From: Chitinophagaceae bacterium
GTDB taxonomy: Bacteria; Bacteroidota; Bacteroidia; Chitinophagales; Chitinophagaceae
Direction of reading: 5' to 3'
Length of the DNA: 64,000 nucleotides
Assembly (NCBI GenBank): GCA_031413755.1
Contig: JANOFR010000109.1
Span: forward strand, 1,018 to 65,017
How positions within the stretch are numbered: the stretch's first letter is position 1; each line of letters opens with the position of its first letter. Of the stretch, positions 29,396 through 37,820 are shown one piece after another. The notes under the pieces are model-generated. The model did no database searches. It was not told the DNA's origin and saw only the letters and a program-made list of their open reading frames with translations. Made by a program: the position numbers and the translations under genes.

Positions 29396-29500
29396 ATGCA
29401 AAACGAAAAATCATATTGGAACAAATGGTACATCGCTGTACTGGCCTTTCTCATTATTGAAATACTCATTTCTTATTGGATAACTAAGTCTTTTTCATGA
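29396..29500 (+). CDS. 34-aa single-TM mini-protein translationally coupled to the symporter
   Basis: ATG 29396; product MQNEKSYWNKWYIAVLAFLIIEILISYWITKSFS. Its stop overlaps the symporter start in an ATGA arrangement. It is too short for the supplied ORF track. Confidence 0.45.
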   Translation: MQNEKSYWNKWYIAVLAFLIIEILISYWITKSFS

Positions 29501-31125
29501 GTGGTATCGACTGGATCATATTATGTGTTACACTTACAGGAATAGTATTGTATGGTATTTATAAAAGCCGTACCACTAAAAACCTGGAAGGATATTTTTT
29601 AAGTAACCGTTCGCTGCCCTGGTACCTGGTGTTGCTGAGCATTATGGGAACACAGGCAAGTGCCATTACTTTTTTAACCGGTCCGGGGCAGGCATACAGT
29701 GATGGAATGCGTTTTGTACAATATTATTTTGGTTTGCCCCTGGCGATGATCGTGATCAGTATATTTTTTGTACCCGTATTTACCCGGTTAAAAGTTTATA
29801 CGGCTTACGAATTTTTAGAGAACCGGTTTGATTTGAAAACCCGGACCCTGACCTCTTTTTTATTTTTAGTATCACGGGGGTTAAGTACCGGTATCAGCAT
29901 TTTTGCACCATCCATTGTTTTAAGTTCTTTAATGGGTTGGAATATTTATTACACCAACCTGGTAATGGGCGGGTTGCTTATCATTTATACCATGAGTGGT
30001 GGTGCTAAAGCAGTTGCACATACACAAAAGCTGCAAATGATCATTGTGTTTATTACTTTGTTTATTGTAGGATACCTGGCCGTTAAATTATTGCCTGATG
30101 CCGTTGGATTTACTGATGCACTCCGGAAAAGTGGTGAGCTGGGGAAGATGAATATCATTACAACAGGGTTTACGGATAAAGGTTTCGACTGGCAGGATAA
30201 ATACAATATCTGGAGCGGGTTGATCGGTGGATTTTTCCTTTCGCTTAGTTATTTTGGAACCGATCACAGCCAGGTGGGCCGTTATCTAACTGCTAAAGAT
30301 GTAAAAGAAAGCAGGAGGGGATTATTAATGAATGGCCTGGTAAAAGTACCCATGCAATTTTTTATTTTATTGCTGGGTATATTGATCTTTTCGTTTTACC
30401 AGTTTCATAAAGCACCTATTTATTTTGACCAGACCAAAGTTACTGCTGCCAAAGAAACAGTTTATAAAGATTCATTATCAGTATTGGAAACCCGCTATGA
30501 TGCTGCACTTGCAGCTGCCAATATTAAAGAAGCAGCCGTATTAAGGGCCCGTTATAAAACCGTTTTACAAAAGGCTTTACCCGGAGAGGATACCAATGAT
30601 AATAATTATATCTTTTTACGTTTTGTTATGGATTATTTACCCATAGGATTGATCGGACTCATCATCGCTGTTATTTTTCTGGCTTCCTGGGGCAGTATTG
30701 CCGCTGCCTTAAATTCACTGGCCGCTGTTACCGTTGTAGATTTTCATAAAAAGTTTTTTGTAAAAAAAGAAACAGAAATTCAGGATTACCACATTTCGCA
30801 ATGGTACACATTTGGTTGGGGCGTTTTTTGTATTATCATCGCCATGTTTGCCCAAAACATAGGGAACAGCCTTATTGAAGCCGTAAATATTCTGGGCTCT
30901 TTGTTTTATGGGGTCATCCTCGGGATATTCCTGGTTGCACTGGGAATGAAATTCATTAAAGGTCATGCAGTTTTTTATGCAGCGGTTGTTTCCGAATTAT
31001 TGATCATACTTATATATCAGCAGGAGATCGTTTCCTTTCTTTGGCTTAATGCCATTGGTGCCCTGTTGGTTATTATTCTGGCTTCTTTGTTTCAGCTCTT
31101 TATAAAACAAAAAGCGCTGCAATAG
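29497..31125 (+). CDS. sodium:solute symporter (SSS) family transporter
   Basis: 542-aa ORF with about 13 predicted TM segments and typical SSS N-terminal blocks (YFLSNRSLPWY ... GPGQAYSDG). Confidence 0.9.
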   Translation: MSGIDWIILCVTLTGIVLYGIYKSRTTKNLEGYFLSNRSLPWYLVLLSIMGTQASAITFLTGPGQAYSDGMRFVQYYFGLPLAMIVISIFFVPVFTRLKVYTAYEFLENRFDLKTRTLTSFLFLVSRGLSTGISIFAPSIVLSSLMGWNIYYTNLVMGGLLIIYTMSGGAKAVAHTQKLQMIIVFITLFIVGYLAVKLLPDAVGFTDALRKSGELGKMNIITTGFTDKGFDWQDKYNIWSGLIGGFFLSLSYFGTDHSQVGRYLTAKDVKESRRGLLMNGLVKVPMQFFILLLGILIFSFYQFHKAPIYFDQTKVTAAKETVYKDSLSVLETRYDAALAAANIKEAAVLRARYKTVLQKALPGEDTNDNNYIFLRFVMDYLPIGLIGLIIAVIFLASWGSIAAALNSLAAVTVVDFHKKFFVKKETEIQDYHISQWYTFGWGVFCIIIAMFAQNIGNSLIEAVNILGSLFYGVILGIFLVALGMKFIKGHAVFYAAVVSELLIILIYQQEIVSFLWLNAIGALLVIILASLFQLFIKQKALQ

Positions 31126-31139
31126 TGCAGCGCTTTTTT
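31108..31139. terminator. bidirectional intrinsic terminator
   Basis: GCGCTGCA(31114-31121) / TGCAGCGC(31126-31133). The symporter stop codon sits in the 4-nt loop. The stem is flanked by A- and T-runs. Confidence 0.7.
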
Positions 31140-31157
31140 AAAATTATATACGTTTAA

Positions 31158-31991
31158 TTATTTTAAGGTCTTCTGCAGGTCCTTGTTCATTTTTACATAG
31201 TCATCGTTTTTAGCTGCGGTAGCAAGTTCCATTGATTTTTTTGAACTTTCCATTGCTCCGGCCATATCACCCATTTCTTTTTGAATTTTAGCTTTATAGA
31301 TCCAGATCCAGAAAGCTTCTTTATTTTCTTCAACAGCTTTGGAAGCATTCTGTAAAGCCAACGGTAAATTTTTATCATATTCATTGTAGAATTGAGCTGC
31401 CTGCCAGTAAGGTTTTTTTTCTGTTTTCAGAGCCGCTTCAATCTGTGCCCTTACCTTATCTTTAAAATTAGCTACGATCGGTATGGATACCAGTGTTTTT
31501 TCCCATTTGATATCGAGTGAACAGGTCTCTGCTTTTACATCCGAAAATTCCATAGTAAATGATTCTATTTTATTTTTCATCTTCATAGGTGCAACTTTAA
31601 ACCGTACAACATCTTCAGATTCTTTATAACCATCGATTCCCCAATTGGTCAATCCTTTGTTTAAGATCACATCCCAGGTATCGATACCGGGAATAGTGTA
31701 TAAAACATAGGTGCCGGTATCAACTTTTTTTCCGCCTATTTCTACCGGTTCACTAAAAACTATTCTGGTTGCTGCATTTGCTCCCGTACGCCAGATTTTA
31801 TTATAAGAAACCAGGTCACCATAAATTTTCCGGCCTTTGGCATTTGGCCTTGAATAGGTTAAAACAATGTTTCCAATCGCAAAATCCTGTTTAACGGTTT
31901 GTGTTGGCGAAGGTGAAGGCATACGTACCTGGGCAGTACTTAACAAAGTAAAACCTGTTAGTGCTAATGCTGACAGTAATATTTTTTTCAT
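31158..31991 (-). CDS. DUF2911 domain protein with a C-terminal TPR-like region
   Basis: 277-aa secreted ORF with a characteristic DUF2911 block (YSRPNAKGRKIYGDLVSYNKIWRTGANAATRI). Confidence 0.75.
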   Translation of the reverse strand: MKKILLSALALTGFTLLSTAQVRMPSPSPTQTVKQDFAIGNIVLTYSRPNAKGRKIYGDLVSYNKIWRTGANAATRIVFSEPVEIGGKKVDTGTYVLYTIPGIDTWDVILNKGLTNWGIDGYKESEDVVRFKVAPMKMKNKIESFTMEFSDVKAETCSLDIKWEKTLVSIPIVANFKDKVRAQIEAALKTEKKPYWQAAQFYNEYDKNLPLALQNASKAVEENKEAFWIWIYKAKIQKEMGDMAGAMESSKKSMELATAAKNDDYVKMNKDLQKTLK

Positions 31992-32072
31992 TTTGATTAA
32001 TTTTTAGGGACGTAAGTTACGGAAATCTTAATTAAGCCAACAGAAGCTATTGTCAAAAAATGAACTTTTTTT

Positions 32073-33440
32073 CTAAAATTGTAAAGTAATACTTGCAGAA
32101 GTTTTTTTACCTTTTTTTATTTTCCATTGGGGCCCCTGCTGAATAAGCTTTTTAGCAGCTTCATCATAAACATTGCCCAACGATTTGCTTACCCTGATAT
32201 TTGTAATGCTGCCATTTGCCTTTATATCAAAAGAAATTCCTACTTCACCATGAAAATCATTTTTTAATAACACATCGGGTATATTATTGGAAACATACGT
32301 ATTGTAATTATCCCAGCCATCTGCCGGTTCTGCAGTTACTAAAGAGTCAACTAAAACTGAAGCAGGGCGGGGTTTTCGGCTTCCTGTAAAATCTTTGTCC
32401 TGGATTTGAGCCCTGTCATGTAAACTACGCTGATCTTCCTGCAATACGATCTTATTTAACGGCTGGTTACTGCGCAATGGAAAAGTTTTAGGTAAATAAC
32501 CAACTGACTTTACTTCAATGGTCAATAATGTATCCATTGAAATCAGCCTGAAATTACCATTTACATCAGCATAGGTTCCAAAATTCTCCTCTTTGATGGA
32601 GATATTGGTAAAAGGAAGCGGAGAGTTATCTGTTCCAACAACCTGGGCATTAAAATTATTAACAAGTTGCTGTTCTTTTCTGTTAGATACAGCCTGCCTG
32701 CTTAGCAAGCCCTCATTATTGTTAGATTGTTTTGCAGATTCTTTATCTTTATAACTAATAACTTCTTCTTTAGCCAGGCTGCTATTAACTGATGATGGAG
32801 AAGGCAGGTTCTTTGCTGTTTCTGCCAATGACTTTGTATTATCAGTACCTGTTAATTCACCTGATCCTTTTTTTGCAAGGTCATCCGGCGCAGTTTTCCC
32901 GGGACTATTAATAAAATTACTATCAGTTTTTGTTGTTGGGTTAATTTCTGATATTAAACCTGAAGCCTGTTTTTTATTTTCTTCTGCAACTGATCCTGGT
33001 TTCTGTTTGTTTTCAAAAGCAGGAGCTAAAACTGTATTATCATTTGTTGTATCCGGTTTGGTAACAGCTGAAATGGTTTGTGCAATTTGTTGTCTTGTTT
33101 TATCATCAGGCTTATCAGTTGTAAGTACAAAAGTTAAAGCACTGCCACCGCCAATGATCACAACTGCTGCAGCAATTTTCCACCACTTGCCGGCAGATCC
33201 GTGCAGCGGTACAACTTTTGCCATTGAACTATTTTCTGTAATTTGTTTTCTTGCAACAGCCAGATGGATCTTCCAATCTTTATTTTTCATCCCTTCATAA
33301 CCCTGCATGGCTTCTGTTAAAAAAGGGTCATCCAAAGCAGCTTTTTCCATTTCATGCATTTGGCTGGCCGGCATTTTACCGGCAAGGTATTGTTCAATAT
33401 CCCCGGCTGTGTAAATTATATTTTTTTTATCGCTGCTCAT
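32073..33440 (-). CDS. putative anti-sigma factor with a CarboxypepD_reg-like domain and a TonB-C-like C-terminus
   Basis: 455-aa ORF 13 nt downstream of the ECF sigma gene. It has an N-terminal cytoplasmic region, one TM helix (WWKIAAAVVIIGGG), a low-complexity linker and a C-terminal TonB_C-like end (GEVGISFDIKANGSITNIRV). Confidence 0.6.
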   Translation of the reverse strand: MSSDKKNIIYTAGDIEQYLAGKMPASQMHEMEKAALDDPFLTEAMQGYEGMKNKDWKIHLAVARKQITENSSMAKVVPLHGSAGKWWKIAAAVVIIGGGSALTFVLTTDKPDDKTRQQIAQTISAVTKPDTTNDNTVLAPAFENKQKPGSVAEENKKQASGLISEINPTTKTDSNFINSPGKTAPDDLAKKGSGELTGTDNTKSLAETAKNLPSPSSVNSSLAKEEVISYKDKESAKQSNNNEGLLSRQAVSNRKEQQLVNNFNAQVVGTDNSPLPFTNISIKEENFGTYADVNGNFRLISMDTLLTIEVKSVGYLPKTFPLRSNQPLNKIVLQEDQRSLHDRAQIQDKDFTGSRKPRPASVLVDSLVTAEPADGWDNYNTYVSNNIPDVLLKNDFHGEVGISFDIKANGSITNIRVSKSLGNVYDEAAKKLIQQGPQWKIKKGKKTSASITLQF

Positions 33441-33453
33441 TTTAATTCAACCA

Positions 33454-34035
33454 TCAGATTTTTAATTGTTTTTCTTCTATACAGATCTTTAAATTCCTTT
33501 TCCCGTTTTGAATATAACTTCTGACCTTGTTCCAGTCATGCCCGGTTATTTCAGCTATTTCATTATAGCATTTGTTTTCCAGGTAAAATAATATAACAGC
33601 CTGTTTTTGTTCATCGGGCAACGTATCCATACATTGCTCTAATTTCTTAAAATTTTCTTCTTTTTCCAGCGCTTCGCCATTCAGATGCGTATTTTGTTCA
33701 GAATACATAAAAGCAGGGTTAAATTCTGTAGTTTTCATGTTCCTGGGACTTCTTAACTGCATCAGGCAGTAATTTCTGGTTAACACATGTAGCCAACCCT
33801 TAAAATTCTCCACTTCATGCACCCGAAGTTTTGTATGTAACTCATCAAAAATATCCATCACTGCATCTTTACAACGTTCTGTGTCTTTAAAATATTTAAG
33901 GCATACACCAAAAACAAGATCCATATACCGTTGATATAAGGTACTTAAATGAATAATATCGCCCGTTGATTTAAAAGCAACAAGCAATTCCTTATCTGTG
34001 GATTCTTCCGGAGATATGTTCTTTAAAAATGCCAA
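33454..34035 (-). CDS. RNA polymerase ECF-type sigma-70 factor
   Basis: 193-aa ORF with a region-2-like block (YMDLVFGVCLKYFKD ... DIFDEL) and a region-4 HTH (CYNEIAEITGHDWNKVRSYIQNGKRNL). Confidence 0.85.
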   Translation of the reverse strand: MAFLKNISPEESTDKELLVAFKSTGDIIHLSTLYQRYMDLVFGVCLKYFKDTERCKDAVMDIFDELHTKLRVHEVENFKGWLHVLTRNYCLMQLRSPRNMKTTEFNPAFMYSEQNTHLNGEALEKEENFKKLEQCMDTLPDEQKQAVILFYLENKCYNEIAEITGHDWNKVRSYIQNGKRNLKICIEEKQLKI

Positions 34036-34040
34036 ATCCA

Positions 34041-34184
34041 GGTCTCCGCCACAAGGGGAGAATTATAGTGGTTTATTAAAAAATATTATTTACAGAACCT
34101 CATCATCCTTCTCCTTTTCCAAGTGAGATGGAGCGGTACTTTATGCCATACCTGTTCATCTTATCTCCCCACTCTCTGGCGGAT
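34041..34184. repeat. about 144-bp intergenic element bounded by imperfect terminal inverted repeats (MITE-like or structured leader)
   Basis: The left end reads GGTCTCCGCCACAAGGGGAGAA. The right end reads TCTCCCCACTCTCTGGCGGATT. They share inverted TCCGCCA and GGGGAGA blocks. There are also internal direct repeats of GGAGA(T/A)(A/G)GATGA. Confidence 0.35.
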
Positions 34185-34191
34185 TGAAGGG

Positions 34192-35019
34192 CTATTCAAA
34201 ATACAGCTTTACTTTTTGGTAAAAAAGCCGGCTGTTCAAATACTGGCTTTGCTGTAATTGCTTTTCAGAAAAACTCTGTAATCCCAACAATCCTGCGGCA
34301 TTGCCTTTATTAATCGCTATTTCCAGGTAGCCGGCTGAATTAAATAAAGCAAGCTTTTCTCCTTCATTTACATCAGCATAAGTTTCACTTATTTTATCAA
34401 TCACTTCATCTCGTTTAAAAACGATTTTAAAACTCCGTCCTTTCCGCTGCTCTTCAAATTCTTCTTTAGTGATATTTACGATTACATTTTCAAAATTATC
34501 AATGAAAATAATTTGTCCCTCAATATAATCATTGCCTAACATGGGCCTTAACGGATTCTTAACCTGGATGGAAATAGCCGCATTGCCGGTTTCTTCAATT
34601 TTTTTACCATTGTATAACTCATTGAAGGCTTTTGCAAATACTGATGTGCAGTAAATGGTATTTTTCTGTTGATTTTTATCAAGCAAAAGCGCCACTACTT
34701 TTTGAGGTATTTCTTCAAGGATCATTGTTAACAGTCCATTATCGGCACAGCCGATAAATTGTCCATTATGTTCTGCCAGTAAAAGATGCTCAGGTTTTTC
34801 ATCAAATAAATTTACCAGTATAAGGTGAAATGTACCCGGGGGAAAATTTTTTATAGCATTTCTGCATACATAGGCAGCCTGCGGATAGTTAAAAGGAGAT
34901 AAATGATGTGTAATGTCAACTAAAATAAAATCTTTATTGCTTTGTAACAATTGACCTTTAACAGCACCCACCAGGAAATCCTGATGGCCTATGTCGGATG
35001 TTAGGGTAAATAAAGGCAT
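34192..35019 (-). CDS. SAM hydroxide adenosyltransferase / chlorinase-fluorinase family protein (DUF62)
   Basis: 275-aa ORF with the typical N-terminus (LTSDIGHQDFLVGAVKG) and a C-terminal barrel region. Confidence 0.8.
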   Translation of the reverse strand: MPLFTLTSDIGHQDFLVGAVKGQLLQSNKDFILVDITHHLSPFNYPQAAYVCRNAIKNFPPGTFHLILVNLFDEKPEHLLLAEHNGQFIGCADNGLLTMILEEIPQKVVALLLDKNQQKNTIYCTSVFAKAFNELYNGKKIEETGNAAISIQVKNPLRPMLGNDYIEGQIIFIDNFENVIVNITKEEFEEQRKGRSFKIVFKRDEVIDKISETYADVNEGEKLALFNSAGYLEIAINKGNAAGLLGLQSFSEKQLQQSQYLNSRLFYQKVKLYFE

Positions 35020-35090
35020 TGATTATCTGTTATTCATTTAATTATCCGTGTGGTTGAATACCATTTGGAAAGGGGTTAATCCGTAAACAT

Positions 35091-35903
35091 TTATCTTACC
35101 AACTCTCCGTTTTTAAAGAAGAATTTTTTTACCAGTGTATCTGCCAGTGAAGCAAAAAATTTATTCATAAATACCGTACGTTTCCCGGTAAATGTAAGCA
35201 CCAGTGTTCTTTTTCTTTTTTCAACCGCTTTCAAAATATGCCCGGCACATATTTCCGAACGCATCATTTTTTCTTCATCCATCGGACTTTCACCCTGTGA
35301 CTGGCCTTTATTGTTTAATGCAGCATTACGGATATTGGATGATGTAAAACCGGGGCAAACCCACATTACATTAACGCCACTGTCCATTAGTTCGGTTCTT
35401 AGGGCTTCTAAAAAACCATTCATAGCAAATTTGCTGGCAGAATACCCGCTCCTGCCGGGGAGGCCCCTGAACCCGGCAATGGAAGATACACCGACGATTG
35501 TTCCTTTACGTGCAATGATGGAATCCAAAGCAAGTTTGGTACAATAGAGGGTTCCTGAAAAATTCACAGCCATTACTTTTTGAATAACCTCTACCTCAAG
35601 GTCCTTTAGTAAAGCCCTCATAGATATGCCGGCATTATTTATGAGGATATCGATACCGCCAAAAACCTGGATGGTGGTATCTATAAAATTTTTACAATCA
35701 TTGTAATTGCTTACATCTGCAACAATGGTATGCAGTGGTTTTCCGGAATGTAATAACTGAAGATCGTATAACTTATCCTGGTTGCGGCCACAAGCTGCTA
35801 CTTTAGCACCCAGCGGAATTAAAGTATCCACCAGTGCCTTACCAATACCATCACTGCCCCCTGTGATTACTACTACTTTGTTTTTGAAAAAATCTGTTGT
35901 CAT
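35091..35903 (-). CDS. SDR-family oxidoreductase
   Basis: 270-aa ORF with TGGSDGIG, NNAG and YSASK motifs. Confidence 0.9.
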   Translation of the reverse strand: MTTDFFKNKVVVITGGSDGIGKALVDTLIPLGAKVAACGRNQDKLYDLQLLHSGKPLHTIVADVSNYNDCKNFIDTTIQVFGGIDILINNAGISMRALLKDLEVEVIQKVMAVNFSGTLYCTKLALDSIIARKGTIVGVSSIAGFRGLPGRSGYSASKFAMNGFLEALRTELMDSGVNVMWVCPGFTSSNIRNAALNNKGQSQGESPMDEEKMMRSEICAGHILKAVEKRKRTLVLTFTGKRTVFMNKFFASLADTLVKKFFFKNGELVR

Positions 35904-36121
35904 ATGTTATTACAAAAATAGAGGGATTAATGGTGGGAACACAAATTTATTAAATAAAAAAACGGGATAAGGCCATTTAAAATGGCTTTGGTTTAGAGTT
36001 AGATTAAGCCTGCTTTGCGTAATTCATTTTAAGATAAAAACGGCTTTGTTACTTATTTTAAGGGTTCAAATAATTGGTTTAAATTTTATTTTTTAGGGTG
36101 ATTTTTTTAAATCAATACCCT

Positions 36122-36129
36122 TATCTTTG
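36122..36129 (+). promoter_or_regulatory. Bacteroidota -7 box (TATCTTTG) for tRNA-Lys
   Basis: Matches TAnnTTTG and ends 21 nt before the mature tRNA 5' end. Confidence 0.45.
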
Positions 36130-36150
36130 CAATCCAAAAAATAAAAGGCT

Positions 36151-36223
36151 GAATTGGTAGCTCAGTTGGTAGAGCAATACACTTTTAATGTATGGGCCCA
36201 GGGTTCGAGTCCCTGCCAGTTCA
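36151..36223 (+). tRNA. tRNA-Lys (anticodon TTT)
   Basis: Hand-folded 73-nt cloverleaf. Acceptor is GAATTGG/CCAGTTC, D-arm GCTC/GAGC, anticodon stem ATACA/TGTAT with loop CTTTTAA, and T-arm CAGGG-TTCGAGT-CCCTG. CCA is not encoded. Confidence 0.93.
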
Positions 36224-36224
36224 C

Positions 36225-36257
36225 AAAAAGGGATCCTGCAAATGGGTTCCTTTTTTA
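36225..36257. terminator. intrinsic terminator after tRNA-Lys, shared with the convergent LuxE-like gene
   Basis: AAAAAGGGATCC ... GGTTCCTTTTTT imperfect hairpin followed by a T-run. Confidence 0.55.
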
Positions 36258-36294
36258 TTTTACCGGTTACCTGTTCAAATTAAAGGTGCGTATT

Positions 36295-37338
36295 TTATAA
36301 AACCATCAGGCTGCAGCCCCGTATATCACTGCTGTCCAATCTGCCCAGCACTTCAAAACTTTCATTGGGATGTAAACGCCCAATGTCATCCGTTGCAATA
36401 AAAGCACAACTGTACATATTGGCCAGGTCAATTATATTAAGCATACCTGTTACAGGTTTGGCTTTTGCCTGTTGAGCAGCCTGAAGATGGAAAGGGTCGT
36501 CTTCATCCCTTATTAAAGTCTTCATCCAGCCCGGGCAATGAAAAACACCATTTCCCTTGGAATATGCCTGTGACAATAATTCCGTCATACCATATTCTGA
36601 ATGTACCAGGCCAACACCAGTTTGCTTTTGTAATTGTTCATGTACCTGTTGCCTGGTCATTTCTTCACGCCTGCCTTTCATGCCACCGGTTTCCATAACA
36701 ATCGTATTACACAATTGCATCGGGTATTTGTCTGTAAAGTCTAACAGCGCATACGTAACCCCAATAAGCAGGGTAGGTATTTTTAACAGTTCATTATGTA
36801 GTAAGGTACGGTGTAATTTTTCGTGTTCATATAAATAAAATCCACTTAATTCATGTGCACCTGCCTTTATCAATTCGGCTGTCATCATTACCAGGGAAGA
36901 ATTTTTTCTTTCCAGGTAAGAAGGTAATAATCCAAGGATACATTTTTGGTCGGGGGCCCCATAAAATTTTTCAAAGCAGGTAAAAAAACTTTTACGGTAA
37001 AGTGCAGGGTCTTTAATATGATGGTTACTGTTAATTGCCTGCCCGCCCGGCAATTGAGTATGAGATGTACCACTGCTTTCAAAAACCGTTTCTGATTCAA
37101 AATCAGTTGTTTTTACCTGCTGTGTTTTAAAAAATGAAATGGGTAAAAAGGGGATTTTTCCAAGGGTATCAACTGAGGATACATTAACTTTTAGCAAATC
37201 ACAATATTTTTGGTAAATAGTATTTTCCCGGTATTGAAATTGAAACATTTCAATGGCCAAATCGGTGAAATTATCCGGCGAAGCAGCAAAAATCCTTTCA
37301 GCAAGGTCAATATATTTAACTGGATGTTTCAATTTCAA
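36295..37338 (-). CDS. LuxE-like acyl-protein synthetase / adenylate-forming family protein
   Basis: 347-aa ORF. The N-terminal region (FQFQYRENTIYQKYCDLL ... IPFLPISFFK) and SGTS motif resemble the LuxE/PaaK-like family. This is recognition only. Confidence 0.55.
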   Translation of the reverse strand: MKLKHPVKYIDLAERIFAASPDNFTDLAIEMFQFQYRENTIYQKYCDLLKVNVSSVDTLGKIPFLPISFFKTQQVKTTDFESETVFESSGTSHTQLPGGQAINSNHHIKDPALYRKSFFTCFEKFYGAPDQKCILGLLPSYLERKNSSLVMMTAELIKAGAHELSGFYLYEHEKLHRTLLHNELLKIPTLLIGVTYALLDFTDKYPMQLCNTIVMETGGMKGRREEMTRQQVHEQLQKQTGVGLVHSEYGMTELLSQAYSKGNGVFHCPGWMKTLIRDEDDPFHLQAAQQAKAKPVTGMLNIIDLANMYSCAFIATDDIGRLHPNESFEVLGRLDSSDIRGCSLMVL

Positions 37339-37342
37339 TCAT

Positions 37343-37350
37343 TAAATTTG
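37343..37350 (+). promoter_or_regulatory. Bacteroidota -7 box (TAAATTTG)
   Basis: Matches TAnnTTTG and ends 17 nt before the ATG at 37368. Confidence 0.4.
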
Positions 37351-37367
37351 ACAAACAAAACACAAAG

Positions 37368-37820
37368 ATGCGTTACACTTTATTATTAGCCATAGCAATT
37401 TTACTTTTCACTACCTGTAAAAAAGATAAATTTACAACGGCTCCGCAGATTAATTATAAATCTATTGCACCCAATGTTGTAGATAATTTAAGTGCTTCAC
37501 CGGTAATTACCTTTAGTATAACAGATGCAGAAGGTGATATTGGCATAAATGCAAATGAGACCGCCTTTATATATATTAAAAATTTATTGGTAAATGCATT
37601 CGATTCACTGCCATTTCCGGATCTTCAATCGGGGGCAAAGCGTAATTTTGAGGCCGAAGTTGATATTACTGTCCCGAGTTCTGTCTTAAAGTGTAATTCT
37701 CTTCCCAATGGTGCCCTGCATACAGATACCGTATTTTTTGAAATTTATGTAAAAGATTTTGCAAAAAATAAAAGTAATTTAATTACAACTGCCGAACCGC
37801 TTTATTTTATCTGCCGGTAA
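37368..37820 (+). CDS. hypothetical lipoprotein
   Basis: 150-aa ORF with a lipoprotein signal and lipobox-like LLFTTC. Its stop overlaps the next gene's start. Confidence 0.6.
   Translation: MRYTLLLAIAILLFTTCKKDKFTTAPQINYKSIAPNVVDNLSASPVITFSITDAEGDIGINANETAFIYIKNLLVNAFDSLPFPDLQSGAKRNFEAEVDITVPSSVLKCNSLPNGALHTDTVFFEIYVKDFAKNKSNLITTAEPLYFICR

Noticed and set aside
34036-34191. Tested the sigma-upstream element against remembered consensus cores of SRP RNA, 6S RNA, tmRNA, RNase P RNA and common riboswitches.
   Set aside because: I found no conserved core, for example no GGAAGCAGCC-type SRP motif. It is reported only as an unclassified inverted-repeat element.
36192-36401. A 69-aa ORF overlapping tRNA-Lys and the 3' end of the LuxE-like gene.
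   Set aside because: It begins inside a confidently folded tRNA gene and runs across its terminator, so it is not plausible as coding.
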